Virus record (IMG/VR): IMGVR_UViG_3300013137_000011
Span: 1-64,000 of that record
DNA length: 64,000 bases
Strand: one strand, 5' to 3'
Source: a virus
Numbering within the stretch: the stretch's first letter is position 1; every line of letters begins with the position of its first letter. This document shows positions 9,762 to 19,206 of this stretch, one piece after another. The notes under the pieces were generated by a model, which searched no databases, was not told the origin of the DNA, and was given only the letters and a program-made list of their open reading frames with translations. A program made the translations under genes and the position numbers.

Positions 9762-11486
9762 ATGCTTTATAATATCAATGATTATTTTGATAAACTTCAG
9801 ATATCTGGTATTGACATTCCAATTGGAATGAGGCTTGAGGCTTTCAAAGCAATAGATATTATGGGTTCTTTTTGTTTTGAAAAAGATACTTCAGCAGAAG
9901 TTTGGAAAAATCTTATGGATGATATATTTTCTGCTATTGCAATTCGTGAGAAAGACGAACTTATAGCAAAAATGATATTCATAAAGCACTTTAGAGTAGG
10001 AGACTACTCTAATTTCATTTCTAAGAATGAAAATAAAATAATCTATTCTATGCGAAAAAACAGCAAAAAAGAAGAATCTATTTCGCATGAAACAATAGAT
10101 AATAGTAGAGTTGTTTTAAATTTTGGTAATATAAAAACAGAAGCATCTGATAAAATTGAAGATTCTTATCATCAAATAGAAGAAGATAAAAAAGATAATG
10201 ATGATCAAAATACTCAACTTAAACAAAATGCAAACGATAACTATAGTATTTTCGATGAAATAGATGAAATGATAGAAGATGAGGAGTTTGATTTTGGTAA
10301 AAATGACGACGATGCAATAGCAGATGATGACGAAATCGAAGCATTTAATAACGGAGAAGTAGAAGATTTAGACGATATAGAAAAATTTGCAAATAGCATA
10401 TCTGGCTTCAAAGAAGCACTTGAAAAACTCTCTGAAAGTGGATATGATATTGACACTAAAGAGTCTGCAGATGAAATATCAAATGAAATATATAATATTG
10501 CAGCATCTATAAGAGTTGAGTTTTACGGTAAAAAGAATAAAAAAAGGCGTGAAGAGTTATTTGATTGTTTGAATATAGTTAAAAGACATAAAATAGATGA
10601 GGAAAAAATAGAAAGAGAAATCATAGGAGAAACTATAAAAGAGATAAACAAAAAAGAACTTAAACAAGAACTAAATAATGGAAATAACAACGATCCTGGA
10701 ATACAATATATAAGTATATCCAGAATACCTGAAAGCAAATTGATAATTGAGATAGAAAGAATTGCCAATGAGATTGTAACAGATAGATCAAGAGATATTT
10801 TTGTTGCTGAGTCTGGTACTGAAATAGATTTGTTTGATACAGTCACCGAAAGCTTGTCAAATTTGAGAGGTGTAATATCAAACATTTATTTTTATAAGAA
10901 AGATAAGGGAAAAGCAAGAATTCTTGCAATATGTGACTTATCTGGAAGCATGAGGAGATATATTAATATATCACTGAATCTAATGCTAAATATGAGAAAA
11001 GTACTAGATGACGTTCAAATAACGGCATTTAGCAGTAATGATACAATATTAACAGAAAACGTATTTAAAAACCAAGATATATCATGCAAAAATTGGAAAA
11101 AAGTATTCCAATCAATATTCAATATAGTATCCATAAGGGGTACTTCATTAGTCACTCATCTTGAGAACGTAAAAAATTGGGCTGAAAGTGGTAGATTAAA
11201 TATAGATGAAGAGACTATTGTTCTTCTAATTTCTGATATGTTAGCAACAGATGTAAATATGTATTACGAAGAACAATACTATTGCAAAGAACAATACTAT
11301 TACAAAGAAATTGCATCAAAAATAGTTCCGATCAAAAATATGTGTAAAGAAATAATAATACTGTCACCAAATGAATATAACCAAAACTTCAATAATCTTG
11401 AAAATTATAGAAAAAAACTTGGCATAAGATATGCTACAATTGACACAATCAACCAATTAAGAACAGCAATTTCATCAATAGTTTAG
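9762..11486 (+). CDS. VWA-domain protein (CoxE-like MoxR partner)
   Basis: MIDAS motif CDLSGSM, RGTSL, VLLISD; long acidic linker; near MoxR. Confidence 0.85.
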   Translation: MLYNINDYFDKLQISGIDIPIGMRLEAFKAIDIMGSFCFEKDTSAEVWKNLMDDIFSAIAIREKDELIAKMIFIKHFRVGDYSNFISKNENKIIYSMRKNSKKEESISHETIDNSRVVLNFGNIKTEASDKIEDSYHQIEEDKKDNDDQNTQLKQNANDNYSIFDEIDEMIEDEEFDFGKNDDDAIADDDEIEAFNNGEVEDLDDIEKFANSISGFKEALEKLSESGYDIDTKESADEISNEIYNIAASIRVEFYGKKNKKRREELFDCLNIVKRHKIDEEKIEREIIGETIKEINKKELKQELNNGNNNDPGIQYISISRIPESKLIIEIERIANEIVTDRSRDIFVAESGTEIDLFDTVTESLSNLRGVISNIYFYKKDKGKARILAICDLSGSMRRYINISLNLMLNMRKVLDDVQITAFSSNDTILTENVFKNQDISCKNWKKVFQSIFNIVSIRGTSLVTHLENVKNWAESGRLNIDEETIVLLISDMLATDVNMYYEEQYYCKEQYYYKEIASKIVPIKNMCKEIIILSPNEYNQNFNNLENYRKKLGIRYATIDTINQLRTAISSIV

Positions 11487-11499
11487 CAGCATTTTTTAA

Positions 11500-11790
11500 A
11501 GAGGTGTTTATGATTATCCCTATATATAATATATACTATAAACATGAATATTATATATATAATATTAAGAATAATATACCTGATTATTCTATTAGCTATA
11601 GTATAGATATATATCCTATTAGTTATGGTATAAATATATATATATAAAAAATATGAATAATAAACATGAAATAGAAGTGATTAATAGTATTAATACAGTA
11701 TTAGTAGATAATATAGGATTAAGAAGTATTAATTTATATTATATATACATGATAAAGTATTATAATTATGTCATGTATATTAATATAATA
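11500..11790. other. extremely AT-rich, palindrome-rich tract (candidate replication origin)
   Basis: TATA runs; perfect palindrome AATATTATATATATAATATT at 11547-11566; AGAATAAT/ATTATTCT inverted repeat. Confidence 0.4.
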
Positions 11791-11922
11791 AGCGATAATC
11801 CAAAACCATCAAACAAAAAAAGTAATGATGAAATAGCAGATTTGTATGGAAGTGACAAAATCTTCGATCTTTTTGTTGAAAATGATGAAATATTTAATTT
11901 ATTGGATGAGGAGGGCTAAATA

Positions 11923-12408
11923 ATGAAGGTTTTTTCTAGTACTTTTAGAGTTTCTGTGGATGCAGATTATGATGGTCTTGATATTCTACAGATGATTTCT
12001 GAGAAAAGAAAAGTTTTCAATGAGCTTCAGAAAAAATTATCAGAAAATAATGAAACTTCATATCATGGTGGACGTATTCAAAGATTATGCCTTGAGTGTA
12101 AATCTCCTATGTTTTCTGGATTTTGGAAATTTGAAGATAAAATTAGCGAAAATTCAAAGTGTTCAGTAAGATGTGGATATAATGAATTCATAGTTTATGA
12201 CTTGATTTCTGCTCAAGTAGAATATAAATCATGGTTTGATGATGAAGAAAGTAAGCAGTACGAAGAAACTATTGATAAACAAAAAGAATTAAACTATGGA
12301 ATAAGTAATAAAATAATGGAACATTGCATAGAAGTAGAAAAGGTTAATCTAAATGAAGAAGATAAAAACTTTATTGAGGACTGTGATCTTTCAGATTTAT
12401 TTGATTAG
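11923..12408 (+). CDS. hypothetical protein (CxxC)
   Basis: ORF with SD, directly upstream of ruvB. Confidence 0.6.
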   Translation: MKVFSSTFRVSVDADYDGLDILQMISEKRKVFNELQKKLSENNETSYHGGRIQRLCLECKSPMFSGFWKFEDKISENSKCSVRCGYNEFIVYDLISAQVEYKSWFDDEESKQYEETIDKQKELNYGISNKIMEHCIEVEKVNLNEEDKNFIEDCDLSDLFD

Positions 12409-12416
12409 GAGTTTAG

Positions 12417-13322
12417 ATGGACATATTAAGACCTTCAGATTGGGATACATTTATAGGTAATTCAAATAATGTTGAACTTGTAAAAGAATCTCTTGAGGCT
12501 GCGCTGATTAAGATTGGACATATGCCTCATGTATTATTATCAGGTCCACCAGGAACAGGAAAAACGACAATAGCAAACATAATAAGAAATAAACTAGATA
12601 AAATTATGTTTCTAAATTTTCAGGATACTTCTGGATCTCTTCTTGACAATGTAAAATCAATAGAAGAAATAGTAGAGGAATTTAAAGATAATAATGGAGT
12701 CAACTATAATCTTGTTTTTATTGATGAGGTTGACATAATAGAAAAGAAAGCAGAAAAAACTCTACTAACTATTCTTGAAGATTTTAAATTCAAAGATAGA
12801 GTTGTTCCAAAATTTACTATGATCGCTGCTTGCAACGATCCTGGGAAAATTAGTAGTGCATTTATCCGAAGATTTCCGTTGAGACTGTCAATGGATGAAT
12901 ATTCGGATCAAGAAATGTACTTACTAATAAGAATGAATATAATCAAACTAGAAATCGAAATGGACGAAAATACAGTATTATTTATTCTTTCAAGAAGCAG
13001 AAATAATCCATCATTTGTAAACAATATATTGACTACACTCAAGGATCATAAAATCGCAAAATCTGGTATTCCTAATGACGGAATAATTTCACTAGAAGAT
13101 GTAAAATTAATCTGTGATAGGTTAGGAATTGACAGTTTAGGCTTGTTGAAGGACGAAAGGATAATCATTGACTATTTGAAATTCGTTTCCCGTCCAATTG
13201 GGGCCAAAATTATCTGTTCTGCCTGCCAATTAGAGTTGGACACTTATTTGAATGTTTATGAACCATACCTAATTCGTAAGAGATTAATAGCAGTTACCAA
13301 TAAGGGAAGGGTAATCGTCTAG
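12417..13322 (+). CDS. ruvB: Holliday junction branch migration helicase RuvB-like
   Basis: LRPSDWDTFIG N-terminus, HVLLSGPPGTGKTT, FIDE, C-terminal VYEPYLI...TNKGR winged helix. Confidence 0.85.
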   Translation: MDILRPSDWDTFIGNSNNVELVKESLEAALIKIGHMPHVLLSGPPGTGKTTIANIIRNKLDKIMFLNFQDTSGSLLDNVKSIEEIVEEFKDNNGVNYNLVFIDEVDIIEKKAEKTLLTILEDFKFKDRVVPKFTMIAACNDPGKISSAFIRRFPLRLSMDEYSDQEMYLLIRMNIIKLEIEMDENTVLFILSRSRNNPSFVNNILTTLKDHKIAKSGIPNDGIISLEDVKLICDRLGIDSLGLLKDERIIIDYLKFVSRPIGAKIICSACQLELDTYLNVYEPYLIRKRLIAVTNKGRVIV

Positions 13323-13358
13323 AATATGCAAACGGATAATCATAAAAAGTTTGGGTAC

Positions 13359-13387
13359 TTGACATTCAAAACCAGGTGTAGTAGAAT
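13359..13387 (+). promoter_or_regulatory. sigma70-type promoter
   Basis: TTGACA-17 nt-TAGAAT. Confidence 0.7.
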
Positions 13388-13490
13388 AGCAAGTACAGAA
13401 GGTTGTGGTAAATTTTGCAGTTTTATTCGAAACCATAGTCACTACCCTTCGAAAGAAAAAAACAGATGCAGGAACTTAGAGATTTCAAAT

Positions 13491-14117
13491 ATGCCAAAGT
13501 CAAGACTAAAGATCATAACTAATCAGTATGGCTCATGGGGAGAATATGCTGATTTCTTCGGCATTTCTTTGAGTACATACAAAAAATTAATCAATGATGA
13601 AATTATCCCAAGACCTCCAAAAGATCAGTATGGAAAAATCATAAAGAAAGATAACGCATATATAAAACTGGTTCTGTCAGCAATCAAGGTCAAGAAACTT
13701 GTTAATGGCAGGCATCGGATAGTTTTAGCAAAAGGGCCTAGAATTGTATCGGCGGCTTTTTATGCAAAACTAGTCAATGTCTGCCCTTCTACTTATCATA
13801 GGTGGATTCACGAGATAAATCTTGCTACCGGACAAACCTTTGTAAATCCCCCTCCCAAAAATGAAAAAGGAAGAATTATTTTTGACGAGGGATATGTAAC
13901 TTATCTGATGTCAATAGTATCTCCAAAAGGTCCAGAGAAGATTAAAGTCAAAAAAGAGAAGAGAGTTGATACTTCTAGGCTATTGACTCATGATGCAGAT
14001 CAATATCAACAAGAAATGGACAAAAAGGACAAAGAAAACGAAGAGAAAACAGCAAAAGATTCAATCCACAAAAAAGGTGGAAAGGTCTTTTACAAGGGTG
14101 TTCCAAGGGAGAAGTGA
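13491..14117 (+). CDS. tandem MerR-like HTH DNA-binding protein (start probably MPKSRL)
   Basis: Two repeats, YADFFGISLSTYKKL..PRPPKDQYGKI and YAKLVNVCPSTYHRW..PPPKNEKGRI; the promoter lies inside the longer track ORF. Confidence 0.55.
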   Translation: MPKSRLKIITNQYGSWGEYADFFGISLSTYKKLINDEIIPRPPKDQYGKIIKKDNAYIKLVLSAIKVKKLVNGRHRIVLAKGPRIVSAAFYAKLVNVCPSTYHRWIHEINLATGQTFVNPPPKNEKGRIIFDEGYVTYLMSIVSPKGPEKIKVKKEKRVDTSRLLTHDADQYQQEMDKKDKENEEKTAKDSIHKKGGKVFYKGVPREK

Positions 14118-14159
14118 AAAATTTCCCCCTAAAACCTGTCAATTTTACCACAAAAGGGG

Positions 14160-14188
14160 TTGACAGGGCACAAGAAACGTGCTATAAT
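14160..14188 (+). promoter_or_regulatory. strong sigma70 promoter with extended -10
   Basis: TTGACA-17 nt-TATAAT preceded by TGn; inverted repeat CCTGTCAA(14134-14141)/TTGACAGG. Confidence 0.9.
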
Positions 14189-14217
14189 AGGCTTAGGTTC
14201 CAAAGAATAACCAAATA

Positions 14218-15036
14218 ATGAAAGGGGTAAGAAAAATGCAGGCTGTAATCGAGAAGGATAGCAAGGGTAAGTTTACGGGGATTAATTACGATGAGTCGCT
14301 CGATGGATCGCTCGTCGAGCAGGGAAAAGCGATGAATCTCAAGGATAAGGTCGCTATGATTCTTCACTTCATGGCGACTCGTGATGCAGAGGAGAAGGCT
14401 TCGGATACTCCTAAGATTGATGTCGCTGCTACCAGGACTGAGATTAAGGAACTGAAGAAGCAGGTATCCGCTGTGTCGATGATCGATGAAAAGTTCATCG
14501 CAACTATTCCTGATGAAAATCTCAGAAACGAGCTGATGAAGAATCGGGATGATCTCGCAAAGGTCTGTGAGATGAAGCAGACCAGAATTAACGAACTTGA
14601 GAAGAGTATCGAGGATCAAAAAGAGGAAAACAAATCCAAGGAGCCTACCAATGATGATCTTCTGATGTGGGGGGTTATCCGTGGTCTTGGGGCAAAGGTC
14701 GTGAAACCCAAGTCTCATAAGGAAGATAAGCCCAAAGGTGAAAAGACGGATTCCGGTAATAGTGGTCGCTTCAATGGAAAGAAGTTCTCTGAGTTTGTAA
14801 AGGATAAGATTGCTCAGGGAAAGACCATTCTGATGAAGGGAATCGATGATAGGAAATGGGAGTACACTCCCGAGATTGCAAAGACCAAGAAGATGTCACA
14901 GGCAGTACAGGATCCCGCTCTTGGTGGATATGGATCCCCTAGAGATGCCTCCAATCTCTTCATTAAGGTTGTCGGAGAAGATCCCGTTGTCGTAGAAAAT
15001 CCTTCCGCCGCAGAACCCGTTCCTGCGACGGCGTAA
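14218..15036 (+). CDS. hypothetical coiled-coil protein, probably highly expressed
   Basis: Own consensus promoter, GC-richer codon usage, downstream hairpin. Confidence 0.75.
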   Translation: MKGVRKMQAVIEKDSKGKFTGINYDESLDGSLVEQGKAMNLKDKVAMILHFMATRDAEEKASDTPKIDVAATRTEIKELKKQVSAVSMIDEKFIATIPDENLRNELMKNRDDLAKVCEMKQTRINELEKSIEDQKEENKSKEPTNDDLLMWGVIRGLGAKVVKPKSHKEDKPKGEKTDSGNSGRFNGKKFSEFVKDKIAQGKTILMKGIDDRKWEYTPEIAKTKKMSQAVQDPALGGYGSPRDASNLFIKVVGEDPVVVENPSAAEPVPATA

Positions 15037-15075
15037 GCACCTCCCCAATCTCATCAACCCCGTGTGTCCGGTTTT

Positions 15076-15101
15076 CCAGGGTTCCGGCTAAAAACCCTGG
15101 A
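15076..15101 (+). terminator. hairpin (terminator or processing site)
   Basis: TCCAGGGTT/AACCCTGGA stem; weak T tract. Confidence 0.45.
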
Positions 15102-15124
15102 TTAAATCATTTTAGGAGGAAAAT

Positions 15125-16285
15125 ATGGATAGTGCAGAACAGTTTTTCGGAGATATAGATAGTGTACTGGATGAATTTTCAGAATTAAAAGCAAAGACAC
15201 AAGAAACTCCTAAACAGGAAGATCCTCCTTCTGTAAATAGTATTGAAAATGATATTTCTGATTTATTCGAGGGTTCACAAAAGATGGAATCTATTGAACC
15301 TGAGATTAAATCTCAAGAAATGAATCCAGAAATTAAACCTGAACAAAAAATTGAAAAGAAGCAAGAAGAAATAATTAAACCTAAATCAGTAGACAAAGAT
15401 AATAAATTTCCTCTTGATTATATATCACCAAAAGACATAGACAGTATTATATATCCTGAACTTAAAAAAGAGTTAAAGAATGTATTAGATTCTGAGCAAT
15501 TTAAACAGTCTGTCCAAAAAGCAAAAACCAAATCCGAGAAAGGATATGACACAACTGGAATATCGTCATATTTCTTGATGGATCGTCTTAACGATGTTGT
15601 TGGTCCTTCTCATTGGAGGACTAATATTTTATCTGTCGAAACCAAAGAAAGTTCAACAGGTAGATCCTATCGTGGAATTGCAAGTGTAATTCTACAAATT
15701 GGAAATACGTTTGAATTGGATAGTAGTAAGTCTGTATGGAAATTTTATCCGGTATGGGAATCAAAACCCAATACTGGAACTTCTATCAATATGACGGAAG
15801 GAGATGCGCTCAAGGGTTGTGTTACGAACGCATTTAAGAAGGCTTGTGCAGATATTGGACTTGGAGCAGAGGCTTACCGTGGAACACTTGATGATGATCT
15901 TGAGGTTTTTGAGGAACAGGAAAAACAAAAGAAGAAGGAAGAGCAGACTCAGATAATTAATCAACAAGTCAAACTAAACACAGGAGAAGCAACGATACAA
16001 ACAAAGAACACTAAGCCCGATGTTATGGCTCAGTTTAAGCCTTGGGTTTCAGATAATCCAGATACTGAACACAATCGTGCAGGACTCTTAAAGACTGTTC
16101 ATAATTTATATCATGCTCTTAGCCTCAACTCAACACAATATCTGGATTGGGTAATTAGGAAAAAGGATGAGTTAAAACTCGTCGTTGTTCCTGAAGATGA
16201 AACTCAGATCGCATTTGAACCTCTCCAAAAGATTTACAATGCTTTGTATGAAACATACAAGAAAAAGATAGAATCCGCAAAGTGA
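15125..16285 (+). CDS. Rad52/Rad22-family single-strand annealing protein (Sak-like)
   Basis: MDRLNDVVGPSHWR and ALKGCVTNAFKKACADIGLG..AY motifs. Confidence 0.85.
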   Translation: MDSAEQFFGDIDSVLDEFSELKAKTQETPKQEDPPSVNSIENDISDLFEGSQKMESIEPEIKSQEMNPEIKPEQKIEKKQEEIIKPKSVDKDNKFPLDYISPKDIDSIIYPELKKELKNVLDSEQFKQSVQKAKTKSEKGYDTTGISSYFLMDRLNDVVGPSHWRTNILSVETKESSTGRSYRGIASVILQIGNTFELDSSKSVWKFYPVWESKPNTGTSINMTEGDALKGCVTNAFKKACADIGLGAEAYRGTLDDDLEVFEEQEKQKKKEEQTQIINQQVKLNTGEATIQTKNTKPDVMAQFKPWVSDNPDTEHNRAGLLKTVHNLYHALSLNSTQYLDWVIRKKDELKLVVVPEDETQIAFEPLQKIYNALYETYKKKIESAK

Positions 16286-16328
16286 AGACGGGTATAATAT
16301 CAATTAAATAAGAGGAGGATTGTAAGTA

Positions 16329-16646
16329 ATGTCTGCGATGTTATCGTACAGGGTGATCAACGGTAAAAAATTCGAAAATGATTATGGAGTTACATTCTAC
16401 GTCGATGTAGAAGTATCAGTAATCACAAATGAATTTGCAAACCCTCCAGATGTTGTTCCTGTTCTCGATATTTTCAAGATCAAGGTTCTTCCAAAGAAAG
16501 ATAAGAGTGGATGGAATGTGTTTATGCCGTCGCCTCCTTATAACAAGGAGACAAAGGCAAAGACGTATCCATTCGTTAGAACCAAGATTAAGGAAGACTA
16601 TGAGAATTTAATAAGTTTGCTGTCCAAGTGGGCTGATAATAACTAA
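16329..16646 (+). CDS. SpoVG-like nucleic-acid-binding protein
   Basis: IKVL.....GWNVFMPS resembles the SpoVG GLFVAMPS motif; sits where an SSB gene usually follows the annealase. Confidence 0.55.
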   Translation: MSAMLSYRVINGKKFENDYGVTFYVDVEVSVITNEFANPPDVVPVLDIFKIKVLPKKDKSGWNVFMPSPPYNKETKAKTYPFVRTKIKEDYENLISLLSKWADNN

Positions 16647-16661
16647 GCCCGCTCTATAGTA

Positions 16662-16727
16662 ATCGTGTCTGAAGTAGAACAGACTACTTGTGACTGATCA
16701 TCACGGGTTTTGAATCCCAGACACGAT
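16662..16727 (+). ncRNA. four-way-junction (cloverleaf) element upstream of the primase
   Basis: ATCGTGTCTG/CAGACACGAT closing three contiguous hairpins. Confidence 0.55.
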
Positions 16728-18935
16728 AACTTTTCTTTTATAAAAATATATAAAGAGGGGACAGGGTTAGGTAGGGTGCGTACAGAAAGTGTAAATATCC
16801 ACAAATTAGTCATAGAAAAATTTGTAGAATTATTTCAGGGTCGTCCTGATGTTTATGCAATACAACTTCAGGATGGTCAATATAAACCACAAGATGCAGA
16901 ATATTCAATAAACGTCATAGGAGAACATCTAGCAGGAAGAAGAACAGTAGGGATATATCCGGTACATAATAATAGGGTTAGGTTTACATGTATTGATCTA
17001 GATGAGGTAAATCTAGAAAAGATGGAAAAAATAAGAGAGTCGATAGCCAATCTTGGCTTGTCCAGTAATGAATACCTAATAGAATTTTCTGGAAAGAAAG
17101 GGTATCATTTCTGGCTTTTTTATTCTAATTGGATTGAAGCAAAATATGCCAGAGCGTTAGGTAAATTAATAACGTATAACGCAGGTTTGGAATCTCTTGA
17201 AGTATTCCCAAAGCAAGAAACAGTAGATCAATATTCTGCTAATGATAATGGTAAAAGAAATCTTGGAAGTTTAATTAAACTTCCAATGGGAATACACATG
17301 GTATCTAAGAAAAGAAGTGAAACATTAGATCAAACTTTAACGCCAAGATCAACAAGAATACTCGAAATAAAACCACTAAATATAGATGGAGCAATAGAAT
17401 TACTAAAAGCAAATTACAAGGTATATGAAAACTCTAGAGTAGAAAAAATGACTTCTACTATAAATAGTAGAACTTATCCTTGTTTCCAGAAAATGCAATT
17501 TGGTACAGACCAAGGCGATAGGGATGAGGTAGCATTTAGACTCTCAATTCATTGTTATAGAAATGGAATAGAATCTGACCTAGCATTAAAATTATTGCAA
17601 TCATGGAACGAAAGAAACGCTCCACCTCTATCTTCAAAAGAAATAGAAACTAAAATAAGATCAGCATATTCAGGAAAATATACTGGATTTGGTTGCGAAA
17701 AAACTTTCATGGCAAAGTACTGTTCTGATTCGTGTAAATTAAAAAAGAACAGGAAAAAGTCAGAAGATGTAAATATACTTATACCTCCTAATGGATTTGT
17801 TAGAGAATATATTGACTTCGCTATAGAGTGTACTGATGCGCCGGTACAATATCATATTATGTCGGCGTTTATTATTTTATCAACAATAATGAAGGGTGAT
17901 CTATGGCTTGAATTTGGTAATACAATGTTGAAACCTAACATCTGGGCGATTATTGTTGGACCGTCTAGCGGATTTAGAAAAACTGAGAGTTTGGGTATAG
18001 CAAGAACAATTATAGGAATGTATGATCCTAAACTCATATATCCAAAAGAATTTACTGGCGAAAGATTAATGGAAATAATGTCAGATAGGGCTCAAGGAGC
18101 ATTTTTCTTCTCTGAGTTTGGATCATTCATAAGTAACTTAAATAAATCATATATGGTTGGTGTTAAAGAAGTTCTTACTGAACTTTATGATTGTAAAGAT
18201 GATCCATCTCCACAAAGATCAACTAAATCTGGTGGAGATATATATATAAGAAATCCTTACATAAATATGTACGCAGCATCTACGTTAGACTGGATTACAG
18301 GTAAAATAACAGAAGAAGATATTATGAGTGGCTTTCTTCCACGCTGGCTATTAATGCCTGCAGTAAGAAAAACTCTTCACTATGGGTTGCCTCCGAAAGC
18401 AGATAAGTTAAAGAGAAATGCTCTTGTTCAGCAATTACATCATATAGCAACATTGGGAGGGGAGGTCGATAGGTCCAGAATTGAGGACAGATTTGAAACT
18501 TGGTCAAAAGAACTGGATGATAGAATAAATGGACTTTCTGGTAAACTACAACCATTTTTGACTAGATATGAAATATATGCTCTAAAGATTGCTATGTTAT
18601 ATGAAATTTCGTATAACTTCAGAAAGCCAGTTTCAATATCTCCAGAATCATTAGAATATGCAATATCTTTCATGGAGTTTATGTTTACTCAAACTAGAGA
18701 AATAATTGAAACTAAGATGGCGTTCTCTAAATTTGAAAAAGACAGACTCAAAGTTGTAGAATTAATTGATAATAAGAATGGTTCTATTTCAAGATCAATG
18801 CTTATAAGATATGCTCATATGCTTTCTTCCGATCTTGACAAAATAGTAAATAATTTAGTAAATGATGGAACAATTGAAATAGAGAATCAACAGGGCGGTG
18901 GTCCAATAATTTATAAGATGAGGGAGACTGAATAA
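16710..18935 (+). CDS. AEP (TOTE-like) primase with PriCT domain fused to DUF3987-like helicase; true start probably downstream of 16710
   Basis: FQGRPDVYA, CIDLD, EFSGKKGYHFW, LEVFPKQ, GSLIKLPMG; WNERNAPPL; GPSSGFRKTE P-loop. Confidence 0.85.
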   Translation: MNPRHDNFSFIKIYKEGTGLGRVRTESVNIHKLVIEKFVELFQGRPDVYAIQLQDGQYKPQDAEYSINVIGEHLAGRRTVGIYPVHNNRVRFTCIDLDEVNLEKMEKIRESIANLGLSSNEYLIEFSGKKGYHFWLFYSNWIEAKYARALGKLITYNAGLESLEVFPKQETVDQYSANDNGKRNLGSLIKLPMGIHMVSKKRSETLDQTLTPRSTRILEIKPLNIDGAIELLKANYKVYENSRVEKMTSTINSRTYPCFQKMQFGTDQGDRDEVAFRLSIHCYRNGIESDLALKLLQSWNERNAPPLSSKEIETKIRSAYSGKYTGFGCEKTFMAKYCSDSCKLKKNRKKSEDVNILIPPNGFVREYIDFAIECTDAPVQYHIMSAFIILSTIMKGDLWLEFGNTMLKPNIWAIIVGPSSGFRKTESLGIARTIIGMYDPKLIYPKEFTGERLMEIMSDRAQGAFFFSEFGSFISNLNKSYMVGVKEVLTELYDCKDDPSPQRSTKSGGDIYIRNPYINMYAASTLDWITGKITEEDIMSGFLPRWLLMPAVRKTLHYGLPPKADKLKRNALVQQLHHIATLGGEVDRSRIEDRFETWSKELDDRINGLSGKLQPFLTRYEIYALKIAMLYEISYNFRKPVSISPESLEYAISFMEFMFTQTREIIETKMAFSKFEKDRLKVVELIDNKNGSISRSMLIRYAHMLSSDLDKIVNNLVNDGTIEIENQQGGGPIIYKMRETE

Positions 18936-18936
18936 A

Positions 18937-19182
18937 ATGTTTATGTTTCCATATATTTATAATATGGTATTAGTTTTTGCAGATCAAGAATTACTTGATT
19001 TACATAGAAAAAATCCATCAGCATGGCCGAAACCAGAAGTATGGCTTAATTATGGAATAAAAATATTTGATGTTATTTTTATCAATCAAATCTTTTATGG
19101 AATTAAACATAAATTGCGTTTATTGATAAAACTAGATAAGCCAATCACTAATGATAAAGTGTTTATGCAAAGTTATATTTGA
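18937..19182 (+). CDS. hypothetical protein
   Basis: ORF; start duplicated at 19207. Confidence 0.5.
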   Translation: MFMFPYIYNMVLVFADQELLDLHRKNPSAWPKPEVWLNYGIKIFDVIFINQIFYGIKHKLRLLIKLDKPITNDKVFMQSYI

Positions 19183-19206
19183 ATTAAAAGGATGGTATTG
19201 AATAAT

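Noticed and set aside
14182-14718. Antisense ORFs in the track (e.g. 14182-14718, 24036-24545, 59689-60231, 37559-38411)
   Set aside because: Shadow frames of well-supported genes, with no SD or recognisable motifs.
16662-16727. tRNA-Ile(GAT) from the CTGATCA loop
   Set aside because: 10-bp closing stem, no D-loop GG, no TTC T-loop and no variable region. Kept as a non-tRNA structure.
2015-18935. Inteins or introns in the helicase and primase genes
   Set aside because: Motif spacing and lengths are normal; no intein termini or homing endonuclease motifs seen.
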